Shown: one piece after another, positions 33,801-46,570 of the stretch
Numbering within the stretch: position 1 is the first letter of the stretch
How the letters are laid out: every line of letters begins with the position of its first letter
NCBI GenBank assembly: GCA_964036045.1
Contig: OZ038378.1
Coordinates: 13,144,001-13,208,000 of the forward strand
Length of the DNA: 64,000 nucleotides
Direction: 5' to 3'
Source of the DNA: Eutreptiella sp. 'Long Island Sound 2002'
Taxonomy: Eukaryota; Protista; Euglenida
Notes under the pieces: model-generated
Told to the model about the DNA's origin: nothing
The model's input: the letters and a program-made list of their open reading frames with translations, nothing else
Database searches by the model: none
Made by a program: the position numbers and the translations under genes

Positions 33801-36581
33801 TAAAGCATCAAACCGGGGTGGGCTGTTCCTGATGAATGACATTGTCGATTGAACACTGGTACGTGGTGGAATTGCATTTTCCATATGGTCCATCTTGACC
33901 TTCACGCCTTCAAGCTCCCTCCGTAGCAGGTGCACGGAACATGTATTGATTGGGCTTGTGTGCAACAGTGGACGGACCTGTGTTGGTTTTTCCCGAAAAC
34001 AATTTTCCTTGTCATGTTATTTGTTATCATCATCATCATCATCATCAAATGGCATCTTATTCATTTGAATGTGGTGCATTTTTCTAGTTTCAATTTCGTC
34101 TCCTTCTTTACTTGCTCGATATTGGTTGGTTGACGTGATCCCTACCAAATCAAATTCCAGCTGTCCCTGAGGGATTCGGGCTAAGAGTTTGTCTACTGTC
34201 GCACTGTAGGTGCTGTCGCAGGGATATTCTTGAGGGTGTTCTAGGGAGGGTGTTCTCGGGAGGCCGAGGATGTCCTGAGAAGGGCTGCGGGAGGTGCTGA
34301 CGTTTGCGTGTCGTGGGGAAAGTTGTGGAGCAGGCCTCGTTGAAAAGAATTTGCACGGGGGATGGGGGTCTGGGCGAGTGTCTCAGGGTCAACAGCAAAA
34401 TTGAGTGCACAATTGTTGGTGTTGTTGTTGTGGTGGTGGTGGTCATGTGAGTGACCAGTAATACTGTAAAACTGAGTGCACTAAGCACTCATTTTTCACA
34501 GTATTACTCGTTTTCTGCACTATGTGCACTCAATTTTACTATATGGTAATTGTTTGTTCTCAGAGACAATGTGGGAAACAGTAACAACAGCCACAACCAC
34601 AACCAGTATCCGTTTGTTTGGAGGGGGGGGGTCCATGCCCCACGCATTCCCTCCTTGTCTCCACCTCCTTCCTCCCTTGGGATCAATCCCTGACTGGGAT
34701 TGATCCCAGCAACAACGACAGCAGCAGCAGCTCCGAGGCCCAACAGGGCTGGGTCAGGTTGCCTGAGGGCATGGGCAACGGTTGAGGGAAGGCTGTGGCG
34801 AGTAATGATGTCCCCCCTCAATGTTCTGGGAAAGCGAGACATTTGATCCGCGTTGTTGCACACCGAATGCTGCAGATTGATGAACGAACAGGGCTGGTTT
34901 TTAGATTCGCTTGGCTTTTTTTTTTTTTTTTTTTCATTTTTCCAAGGTAGCCCCCTCTGTGGCAGTGACCAGCAATTGACCATGGTCAACTAGCAGCAGT
35001 ATTTAGCTGCCAGCGCTGATCAGCTGGTGGCCGGTCACCACTACGCCAACCCGTCACCCAATGGTGGTGCTTGCCGTCGATTTCTTCGTTTACAATGAGA
35101 AAACAATGAAGGCGGGAGGTCGGCGAGAAAAATTGAGGCGAAAAAGAATGTGTCGCCTGTGTGTGCTCTGATGTGTAGACATTGCAAGTGTGTCATGCAT
35201 CTGACAGTGGCATGTCCCTCTTCAGCAGAGAGGGGAAGAGGCTGGTACATGACACCAGCGTCAGCATGAGCACCGAGCACTTATGCCCATGTGCGACGTG
35301 CAAAAGCAATTACTACAGTGTTAAGACCCTTACTAAAACCCTTACTTAGGCGCAAATTGTTGCAGCTCCCCTTGCATGTGTCCGTCCGTCGTACAAGCCG
35401 AACTACGGCAATTGAGCACTGCTGACAGCCCTCTCCAAGTGGACTCCAGGTATATCTGGATGGTAGCGTACGGTTCAGGCGAGAAGAGAGACCCAAGGGC
35501 CTGCCACTGTCATTTTCCCTGGCCATGCTGTTACGCGGACAGTGACAGAGTGCGTCTCATTGATCTCTGAGAAGTGTTGCTCGTCCGCCTTCCACATACT
35601 GTTGCCCCCTGTTTATGGCATAGACTCGTCGGCCGCTGGTAAGGGCTCACTGTTTAGTGCTGCACAATATATTGCCTGTCCGAAGGGATTCGAACGCCCG
35701 TTGAGGCTGCATAGCCGGCGGCTGGTGCACCAGCATGATCAACTAACGCAGCAGTGTCTAACCGCCAGTGAACCTGCGCTACCAGCCAAAGCGGCCGCCG
35801 ACTGACCACGGTCAATCATGGGTCACCGCCAGAGTGGCACTATCTGGAAAAGCAAAAACAAAGCACAGCTGAAGACGGTCTTGTCTGTTCGACAATTTGC
35901 AATTTTCGGTCCACTAAGGTCAGAAATTTAGGTGGTGTGCGTGCCGTATTCTTTCCCCTGTCTCGTTCATTGATTGCCGGGCCCTTCAATCCGGCTTCTG
36001 ATCCTCTGACAATACTCGGCCCATCCCTGTGATCTGTCACCCACAGTGCGTGTTGGTTTTCAGCCCCTATCCGCCCTCACATGTGCTCCTGAGCCGCGAC
36101 GCATGACCAACAGTGTGCAATATTGTCTCGGCAGGTGCAAACCCTGGCACATCTGTTTGGGGATATGTTTCCCAACAGCCTTGCCGTATCACTGCTACCA
36201 GTGTTCATGAAAGGTATTGTGTGCACAGTGGCCCACCCAGATTGCGGGAGCGGTGGGTGTTATGCCGCATCTGCCAGAGTCCTCGCCCGTATCTTGTCTC
36301 TTCTCCTGTGGAAACAAAATTGGGAATTCCAAGCTGGAGTGAGTCCCCGTCAATGGTCGCCGATTTACATGCTGGGAACTGCGGATTGGACAAGTGTCAG
36401 CCCTTATGACAACGAGGACAACAGCAACAGCAGCAGCAGCAGCAGCAGCACCGAAGATTGCTGCGATAAGAAACAACCAAAGCGCAAGAAAATACGTACC
36501 TTCAATGGATAGGAGAGTGCCCAGTTAGCCCTGCACTGTAAAAATAGAAATGACCCCATGGCATTGCCGTGTGGTGATGCA

Positions 36582-38230
36582 CAGCAACCTAGTCAGCTAA
36601 GACGAATAGTCGAGCTGAATATGGTACAATGTTGCTTTGTGCAAGGCAGGGCACATACCATGGAGACTGGGTGGTGTACCACAGCGGTGCGGCTGTTCAC
36701 AACTATTCCTAACGTGGCCCATCCATTGAAGTGACCTTGGGCGCTACAGTCATTTGGATGCACTCATTTGTTTGACAGCGGCTTCAGATTGTAGTACATT
36801 GTGCAGGACCGCAACCACAGAGATCGCGCACCAGGGGGAAGTCATTCAACGGGGATTGTCTCATTGGATGAGCGGATTAGCGTTCCGATTCCGTATCTGT
36901 GCGCATTGCGTGCCATGCCAAATGATAACACCAAGGGTGAAACGTGCCGATCTGCAAAAATCATTGTATCGCCAAAATTGTCAAAACCAAAATTCATGAA
37001 AACGTTCCAGTGGAAATGCACAGGATGCCTTGACTGATAAGCAACCAGACTGCGCGGTGGAGCCTGGAGCCCGACAATGGTGGTTGCTGCCAGTTGCAGC
37101 CATTGCAGGGTGTGCATCAAATCATTCAACGCATCGTTCAATTGATGGGTGCCATCCCGTGCCAAGGGATTGTCTGAATAGATTTCAATCTTTTCCCCAA
37201 TCCAGTGATAAATTCGGTATTTTTTGTCATGTGACCCCAAATAGAGGACTAACTGCGGAATGGTGCAAAGGTGCAAAGCAGTGACAATCCAGTGCACTGG
37301 TGCAAATGATGCCAAGGGTAGGCAGTGCTAGGTTATTATGCACAGATTGCCAACAGTGTGGTGGCAATCTTGTTGGCACAGTGTGCACCACCAGGCGGAC
37401 TACACTGGCTCTTTGTGCACCATTGTATAGGATGGCTGCTGCTCCCATTTCACCATGTGCACCACCACGTGGGACCATTGTCACCCTGTTGCAGAGTTGT
37501 GATGCCGCTCTCTTGGCACTGTGTGCACCGCTGCACAGGAGTGCCATCGCTTTGGTAGCACTATGTGCATGACTGCGTGCAGGGGATACAAGGATTATGT
37601 GCTTATTACTAAAAGCAAACCAAAATAGGATAGAAATGAGATTAGCAATTTTTGGTGTAAAGGTTGCAGTGATCCCTAACCCAGATATCATGACAGACTC
37701 ACAATACATATAGGAAGAGGGTACCGGAGACATGTACAAATGGCAAAGGGTTGGGTGGTGTTTGAAGAATGGGCCGATTGCAAACTTCGATTTGGATCCA
37801 GGTGTAGACATAATGAACTGTGTACTGTTCTACTGCACTGGGTTTGGGGACTATCCCATCAAGGAGAACAGGAAATGAAAGGGTAGATGAGGTTGCTGAG
37901 CCAGGATGGCTTTTGTCACTGTTGGCAATGAAAATGGTACCATTGAGATGCACTGTTTGGGATGTGTTGTGTGGCTGTCCTTGCACACGGTCTGTGGTTG
38001 CGGTCCTGCACAATGTACTACAATCTGAAGCCGCTGTCAAACAAATGAGTGCATCCAAATGACTGTAGCGCCCAAGGTCACTTCAATGGATGGGCCACGT
38101 TAGGAATAGTTGTGAACAGCCGCACCGCTGTGGTACACCACCCGGTCTCCATGGTATGTGCCCTGCCTTGCACAAAGCAACATTGTACCACATTCAGCTC
38201 GACTATTCGTCTCAACTGACTAGGTTGCTG
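36582..38230. repeat. 240-bp inverted repeat pair (36582-36821 / 37991-38230) around a 1,169-bp spacer
   Basis: Four mismatches in 240 bp by direct comparison (~98%). Confidence 0.95.
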
Positions 38231-39860
38231 GGTCCGGTGCAGCTTGGACTGGGCATGCGCACTGCTTCTGTCTAGAAAGGGGACATTCTAGCACTAGCAC
38301 ACACTACATATGGCCTCGATTTGGGTGAGGGAACCGCACTTCGCATGGACTGCACATATGAAAGGGTGGTTACCCTCTCAATATGCGTAGAGCCCTGAGC
38401 ATGCTTATCTTTGCCAACTTGTGCTATTGGTTTGATACTGTCGAATGCACTGTGAAAATAGAAATGACCCCATAGCATTGCCGTGCACAACCTACTTCAT
38501 CCTTACAGACCCCCGTCCAAGCTGCCTACACAATGTGAAAAGAGTACGCGGCCCTCTAATTGTAGTGATGCCCTCGGCATATATTTATCTTTGCCAACTC
38601 ACAACCTTCAGAGGACAATGTGGGACAGGTCAGGAATGTTGACAATGGAGCAAAAATATGGGGCCCTACTGCTCTTCAATGGGAGGCCTCGACAGGTTCC
38701 CAAGCCACCATGGTGCAAATCAGCACCCCTTAATCCAATCCTTCTGTCTGTTCCATTCCCCCCTCCCCGCCCCCTCCCTCCGTATTTTCCTCTCCCGTTC
38801 CTCCTGACCTTCTTTTCTCTCCTTCCCTGCCTGCATTCGTCTGCTCGGAACGAGATGCACATTTGTGGCAGCCCCCCAAGATAGCCCTGTGCCCAATGTA
38901 TTTCAGGCCAAGAAGTGGCTACATTTGTGGCACAGCATGTGGTGAAGATCCTCAGCCGTGAGTTTCCAGGGCTGACATTTCGGCGGCAGGAGCTGCAACT
39001 GGATCCCGCCAAAGGTTTGTCTCTGTCGCTGTGCTGCTGCACCTGCACTTTTCCAGGCCCAGTTGCCGGGGCAGATTCCGGCGGATCTGCATATCGACGG
39101 ACTTTGCGTGTGAAAGATATTGGGGCCGGCACAGGAGAACTGTGTGCTCCTTCGGCGGAGTGGCAGTGCTGGGGCAGTGGCGCGTCGTGTGAGGGGCAAT
39201 GGGGATGGGCGGCGTTGAGACGCCTGTGCCGGATGTTGTTGTGACGGCGTGGTGCCCATGTGCTGTGGGGAAGGATTTCTGGATGATGAGTGCAAGCTGC
39301 AAGATAAGATGTGAAATGTCTGGGAAACTTGACCGCGACAGGGGGAGGGTGCTGTTCACATGGTTCAGCTGGGTAATTCATGGGCAAAATTGTGTGCCCC
39401 GTGGTAACATTCTTGTACCTGATTTACTAGTGTTCTCCCTGCTGTTTTCCTGCCTGGCAAGAGGGTACCGATCTGCAGTTTGCCGCATGCTGCAGATCGT
39501 CGTCGGCCTGCGGCAACAATCCGTTTACCGTGCAATACAATTCTTTTGGCCATGCGGCAACCGTTTCTTTTTTTCTTTGCTTGATTTGCTTGATCCTGAG
39601 CCTTCAGATCACAGGCGTACCAAAGTGTGTGTTTTCCCCTTGTCAAGAGCCACAAAGCCAAACTACATGCCAACCGTGAAAATTTTACCGCTGTTTGGCC
39701 GAGGTGGACATACCTGCACAGTTGCACTGCGGGGCTGGATGTTGAGTTGACTCCTCCATGGAGCACGACAAGGGCGCGGGATTCTCCCACGATTATGCAG
39801 CTTCTCCATAGTCACCAATATTCAGGCAAGGATGGTGCAACATGTGGCCATGGCTGCCCT

Positions 39861-39976
39861 GGAGGACAATGACAGGGCGAATTATTAGGAGAAGGATAGG
39901 GCGTGCCTCATGGGTGCGTATGTCCATGACACACGCCTTATCCTTCTCCTTGTCATTCGCCCTGTCATTGTCCTTC
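39861..39976. repeat. 53-bp-stem, 10-nt-loop hairpin
   Basis: Arms 39861-39913 and 39924-39976. 46/53 Watson-Crick pairs, and 3 of the 7 mismatches would be G-U in a plus-strand RNA. Confidence 0.9.
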
Positions 39977-40329
39977 TCGGTGTTGTCTGTGGCCTTCGTC
40001 TTTTCCCTGTTGCTGCTTTTATGCCTTTGTGCCGCTCCCGCACCCCTGCGGCAAACAACTCATGGGACGAGAGTTTGAGATGAGCCATGTTTCGCGAATG
40101 TGTTATGGCCTTGTGCTGTCTCCATTGACCTCTGAGATTGCTTATTGCAAGTCCCCTTCCCCTTTTTTTCGTGTCAGTTTGCAGCTGTTTCTGGCACGTT
40201 CAGGGTGACGCTTCAGCATCGTTCCAAACGTTGTCCGGACCACCTGGTCTGATGGGGGCAGGAAGAGGGTGTTGGGCGTAGGTGGTTGCTCCTTTTCACA
40301 GCATTTTCCCCTGCTGCCCTAGAGCAGCG

Positions 40330-41580
40330 GCCATACTCTGCAGCCCGTGCTATGCAGCCCATACTATGCAGCCAAACTGTCGAGTCCATCCAATAGTCCA
40401 TCCTGAGGATCACATTGTGCCACCCATACTCCATTCTATAAAGCCCATACTATGCAGCCCATACTATGCAGCCCATGCTATGCAGCAGCTACGTGGCAGG
40501 GGCTGCACAGTGTGCAAGGTTTGCTGCCCATTTGTACACAAATGTTTCCGAATATGTCCGAACATTTCTGCATCAGGGGAGAACCAGTAATCCAGCCAAA
40601 AAACAAGCCGATTCATCACCATACACATTGTATTGACATGTTACTTTGATTGCATTTCGAAGACATTGCATGGGATTGGAAGTGGACATTAGACACTGTG
40701 AAGCAAGAGTAATAGTATGTGGGATTTTTGCAAGTGTAGAGAGGTGGTAAATACATGTAAAGCCAGCAAAAAAAGCAACCAATGGCACAGGTGCACCAAA
40801 CAATGCAATGGAGCACCAGAGCTGAAGGTGACATCTCTAAAACAAAGGATTTTCCAAAGTTGGTTTGGGTAATTTCTTAACCTGGATTGTTTTTGATTTT
40901 CTTCCTAAGAAGAATGTTTTTCTTAAGAAAACAATTTTTGTAAGGAGAAACTACCCTCCAAGTGGACCCCAAGGTTGCACGATATCCTATGTCCACGTCC
41001 ACCAGGAAGCTGCTTTCTTGCACGACGAATATTTCCGAATATTTCCAAAAAATTTCTGACACTGGGAAGCCCTGCAGTGTGCGCTGCACAGTGTGGGCTG
41101 CACAGTAGGGCTGCATAATATGGGCTCCCCATTTTGGGCACCATCGTATGGGCGGCACAGTTGTTCACCATGATCACACACTGCGGGGCTTCACACATGA
41201 ATTTCAATGTGAAACTTGTGGGACTGATGCGAACGCACAGGAGTCTGCAGCGACTGAACCCATGGACAAAATTGAATTGGAGGTTCAATTCAATGCCAAT
41301 TTTCCACCCATGCTACCGGGTGCAAGGATTCCTCTAGAAAAGGCCAACCACCCTTCAGTACACGCCCCTCTTCAGTATGACGCATGGTGCGCATGGTTTG
41401 AGGAAGGAGTGCAACATTCAAGCAGTGATCTGCGTATATTGTGCAGCCCATACCATACAGCCCATGATTTGCGGCCATACCATGCAGCCCACAGTATGTA
41501 GCACATACTATGCAGCCCAGTATTTAGCACAAACTCTTCAGCCCTGTATTATGCAACCTGAACTATGCAGCCCATGCTGT
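40330..41580. repeat. 14-bp minisatellite (cccatactatgcag) in three blocks of alternating orientation
   Basis: Plus blocks at ~40330-40490 and ~41445-41580; reverse-complement block at ~41075-41130. Confidence 0.75.
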
Positions 41581-43589
41581 GCCGGCTGAGACCATTACGC
41601 TCATACTGTATGCTGATACAAGGATGGCAAAGGACGAGGATATGAGCGCTCCAAAGTGCAAAATACGCCAATCCTGAGCAAGGACCAGACCCTTTCGCAC
41701 TGTACTCCGTTTTGGGTGCCCCGTCAACTGCTTTGTAGACCTCTGGCTGCGTGCACCCACATCCAGGAAAACACTCCTGTTGAGGCGCTAAACCCTTAAT
41801 GTTACTTTGAGGGCAACATGACTCAGCCATAAGCTTCCAACATCATTTCACGCTGTCAGCCGCCTCGTCGTAAGCCCAAAAGTGACGGGTGCTGCAACTC
41901 CAGGACGAATTTTCTTGTGCTCCAGTAGGTGCATTGTAGTCTGGGTGTCGTCACCATTGTCTGCGACATTTTACAGTCCAGGCTCAGTAGTTGAACGTTT
42001 TGGGGCGCCCCAGGGTCCGAACCCACGGTCAAACACCCACTAGCGTCGTTTACTGGCTTCTGTCGGCTCATCTTCACCTCAGACCCCAGGCCTTTCATGC
42101 GGTAACTCGTCGAGGAGCGGCCTGAAGATGTTTGCTGTGTCCCTGTGCTGCATTGATTGTGCGTCCCACATTGATGGTTGCTGCACATGAACCTGCACAA
42201 ACGGACCATGAGCGTGCAGCATTCCCGATGGATCTAATTTTGGCTCGTATCAGCACCACTCCTGCATGTTACAGCCAAGTGCAACAAGGACAAGATCCCC
42301 GTCGTTGCAGTATGGGAGTCAGAGGATTCGCTGCTTATGCTCATCCACGTCAGCCCTGTGGGTGTCTCGACAGGTTTTTACCTTTGTGTGCCTGTTTGGA
42401 ATGCTGGCTGTGCGTGGCGGTCTGTGTCTATGAGTAGTGGCGTCCGTGTGTGGCGTGTGACGTTGTGTGCCCGTTGGTATTGGACCCCTGGTTACCCGCA
42501 CGAAGTGTGTGTGCGTTTGTGTGGTGCATTATTGCTGATATGCCTACACAGTTGCATTTTGTGTGTCTCTGGTACTGAAAGAACAATAAGAACCAACTTG
42601 GCACCAGTCAATAATGGCCCTGAACAGTGCGTGGCCCTTGGCCACCAATGACCCAGAAGCGCCCAAAGCTTTCTTGACTAGAAATCACCTCGAAGAGGGT
42701 TGTTAGATCAAGCGCAGGCACGGGCGCCATATACCCCTCATTTTTTGGGTCATTCACGTAGCATACAGCAAGGTATGGTTGTCTAACCCCTTGTAAAATC
42801 ATGATTGTGGGAGACAAAATGATCCCCCAACAAATTTTTTGATTTTGACCCCCCCCCCTTACCCCCCCCCCGTAGCTGGGTGCCCCCCTTTTTTGGGGGT
42901 TGGGGGGGTTGGTGGGGGGGTCAAGACTTCTTTGCGTATTGCGGCCGCTGTGTGTGAATTTGGACCCGGGTCCTAAGAACTTTTTTCTTGTACATGGACC
43001 CCCTAACCCATGGCGGGGGTCCCGGGTCCGAACTCCAGCTGCCCCCGGTCGCCCCCCCCCCCCATTGGGCCCTTGCCAGCAAGGACTGAACCGTTTTAAG
43101 CCGTTTCCAGGCATGTGTCGGCTGAAAATTTTCGGAAATTTGACTTTTTCTGAAACCCTTCTGTTGCCCCTTGGATGGGTTTGGGTGGTCATTTGGTGAC
43201 AATACACTGCTTAAGCACCCATAGGGACCTACGTAGTGGCCGCTAGGCCCATGTAGCCCGGGCCACCCCCGAAAGCCCCAAAAATTGCTGTTGTTTATGG
43301 ACGATAAAAGGAGTGGTACCCAAAATTGCTGTTGTGTAGGCTATTTAGTGGCACCTGAAATTTTTTCGAAAATTCGATTTTTTTCTCTCTTCGAGGTGCC
43401 GTGCCGAAGGCAATAGAATTTTGGGCACGTGTACTCCTGGAGGGGGCAGCTGGGCGTGGTCTTAGTATCCGAATCCCCCCCACCCCATGGTTCCCACCCT
43501 CACACGTTTTTTCCAGGGGCCCAGCCGGGTCCCATAACTCCTGAATACTCGGTCCAAAAGGAGGATGGGCCTTTCCTATCGTCGACCAT

Positions 43590-46570
43590 CCTCATGAAGA
43601 CCACAGCCGCCTGACACATCCCCAAGTACACCACCACGGGCTGCGTGTCGAGCATATTCCCATTTTCTCCTGCGCGTTTGAGGTTCCAAGGTGTGGATGA
43701 TGTTCCGCAACGCCCCCCAATACCACTGCGTGTTCCGTGCAGGCAAGGAAGCAGGTGTCGGGTTTCGGCACGCGGCCCTCCTGATGGGCGATCAGTCTAC
43801 CAAAAACCCGCTGGTAGTGCAGGATCTGTTGCTGAAGGACTTCGTGGACTGCAAGGTATCATGGCAGTGGTCGTGGGGGGGCTAGTGTGGGGCCTGCGTC
43901 CGTTTCCCTTACTCTCAATGTCCCTGCAGACAATTCGTGTCATTCCTCTCCCGACCCGGTAGCGGCAATGGACCACCACCGGCGCAGGGTCAGTGGACAC
44001 CGTCCCGGCTGCACCAAGAATGTCTGCCATGTTGTGGTGGGGTGGGGATGTGTGGGGGTGGGTGTGGGGTGGCGGGGTGCGGGTGTGGGGGTGTACGGGT
44101 GTACCGGATGCAGTCACCCCTGCGGCCTCACGCTTCATGTTGTGCCATTCACAGAAATGCAGAACGCGTCTGTTTGGTCTGTAGAGATGCCGTGATGGAC
44201 ATCCCGTTGCACTCTCTGTGCGAGTTGCCACCGCGGCACGTGGGTGCCTGCGAGGCACCAGCTCCGCCAATGGCCTGCCCTACACCTCGCCATACCCCCC
44301 TCCCAACAGCCCCCCCATCCCCACCCTCCTTCAGCCACATCCCGAGACCCCCCTCCCCCACATCCATGAACAGGGAGTCCAACGCTTTTCCATACCTGGG
44401 ACGCCCCCTCAGCCATTTGTTTCTTGGCGCTGTATTCAATGGTCCTGCTCCCTACCTCCCGTGATCATATGCGCCCGCGCCATCCATCCAGGATGTATTT
44501 CACGCCGTGACCTCACCGGGCCCGATAGAGAGAAAGGCGCTTTAAAATGACCCCGAATGCCCAAGTTTTTATCATTTGGCAACTTGGGATGGCTTTGAAG
44601 GCTACGCATTGCCTGTGCCACTTTCTTGGGGATGGATGAGGATGGAAAGGTCTGGTTGGTCGGCTATTCACAGCACGTACGCCTTTCGACACACTTTTGG
44701 ACCCACGAGTGGTTCTTCCGCCATCCTCATTGCTTGATATGACAAACGGTCCACATTTTTTTCTTCGGTTTTTTCCCCAGGTCATCTTGTTTGACCCGAT
44801 GTAAAACAGGCATGAATGGGCTGGCGAGTCACATGCACGTCACAGACACGGTTCCCGACTAATGTGGGGACGATTGTTCTTTTTACACAAGACGCAAGGA
44901 TCGATCTTCTCTGGTTGTTGAAAAGTGGCATTTGGTGTAACTTGGCGGGGAACGGCCATTGACGGAGGCATCGTCCCAGAAAACTGCAGGACCTGCAGGC
45001 AATGGCATTGCAGGGAACAGGGGGTCTGCCGAAAGGGGGAAGATGTGTCCGACGCAGTAGTGGTGGGCTGAAGCGTTGTGGATTTCGTTTCTTGTGCGCC
45101 ATCAAAATTTGGGTCGGAACCAAAGCACGCAGAAACCGCAGCGCCCAAAGTTTTGGGTATTTTTCGGTGTCGGGGCCATCTGCGGATTGGCGGTTGGCGG
45201 TTGGCGGGTATGCGTTGGCAGCTGCTGGTTGGGCGACCGCTGTTGGCGGTCATTGGATTTCTGTTGGTTGGTTGTTGTCCACCAAATATGATGAGATAAA
45301 ACAACTTTGGCGGTTTTTCCCAATGAGACAAAGTCTTGCGTTGGCCCTCTTCAATGCCTCCTCCCTTGTACCCGTGCCCCCCCACCCCATATGCGCCCCC
45401 TTGTGGCATTGCACGCCATTCCCCATCGGTGCCGCTCTGTCTCTGTGCCTCTCGGCCATAGCCCTCTGGTGTGGTAGTGCACATCTGTTCTTTAGGGTTG
45501 GTACATTCAAAACTGCAGCTGCACATTGTCTGACATGCAGACCAAGCAGACCTTGCCCATATGCGACCCGAGGCATGTTTCTTTGTGGTGTGCTTGTCCA
45601 GGGCAGTGCTGCAGGAAGTGGGCATCGCCTACCATCGGTGCGAAAAGATTGTTACGACCCAACACTGATTCCTGCTCTGCCGAGCGCCGAACACGGCCAC
45701 TGATACGGTGCGTCATTTCTGCCTACATCTGAGAGACAAAGCATGTTGGGGTATGGAGGTCCAACGGCGAATGTTAAGCCCCACCTCAAACCCATGGGGG
45801 CTGGTTCACCGCCCATGTGGAGGCTGACGCGAGTCTCTTTTTGGACGGCGCTCCACCAGTTCTTGGTACACTATGTCCCGAGAACACAATGCCCCAACAC
45901 TTTGATCCCGGCAACCCTAGGGATCCCGAAAATTGCAGATATGTGGGCCCAGATCAATCGCCGATGGTCATCCATGGAACATCATGCCCGACAAAGTGTG
46001 TGGGGCACGGCTCTTCATTGAGCGGTTTTGCAAAACCCGAAGACTGGCAGTTCCAGGTGACACTCAGCGGCGGGTGGGTGCAATGGTGAAGTGAACAGCG
46101 GAGGATGCAGAGGCTTAACCGGATGACACGCTCTGTTGTGCAGGAGGCATTGTCCCACAAAGGCCAGTTGGGGGGTGGGGGCTTAGCTGGGGCTTTTTTT
46201 TGTTTTGGGCATTCCGGCTCAGTGAGTACACACCACACGCACACGCGACCACACTCGCAGACTGCAACATCGGCCCGACGCTACCGAATTCAGGGATTGG
46301 GGCCCGTGGTGAGGACCGCCATCCCCATCCGAAGCCAAAGTACACCACAGCAAGCAACATGGCACATGCTGTGCGGCCGCCGTTGAGAAAGGGCAAGGGG
46401 GACCCGTCTTCCCGCTGCCCTGTCCTTGTGGACTGATGACCTGCTCTCAGGCTCATGAACTTGTACAATGCCACGATGGTCTGCAAACTGGCCATCCAGG
46501 AGCTGCTCGGCGCCACGGACACAACCATTGCCATTGAGGAGCTGTACCGGCGCTTGCGGTTGACAGACCA
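43590..46570 (+). mobile_element. Degraded, intron-containing Mutator-like (MULE) transposase relic
   Basis: 44582-44725, with one frameshift, reads TWDGFEGYALPVPLS/GMDEDGKVWLVGYSQH...FWTHEWFF, resembling the MULE D-x-T...Y..PL...G.D..G.....W.W.F block. Upstream exon VWMMFRNAPQYHCVF...DFVDCK ends at a phase-0 GT-AG intron (43856-43929). There is a CLVC...H..C finger at ~44170. Further exon-like pieces run to ~46567 (…LRLTDHE|gtatgt). No TIRs were found. Confidence 0.45.

Noticed and set aside
40497-41074. hAT/P-type element with CAGGG termini
   Set aside because: The inverted ends are only loosely similar and the 8-bp flanks (ctacgtgg vs cagtgtgc) do not match.
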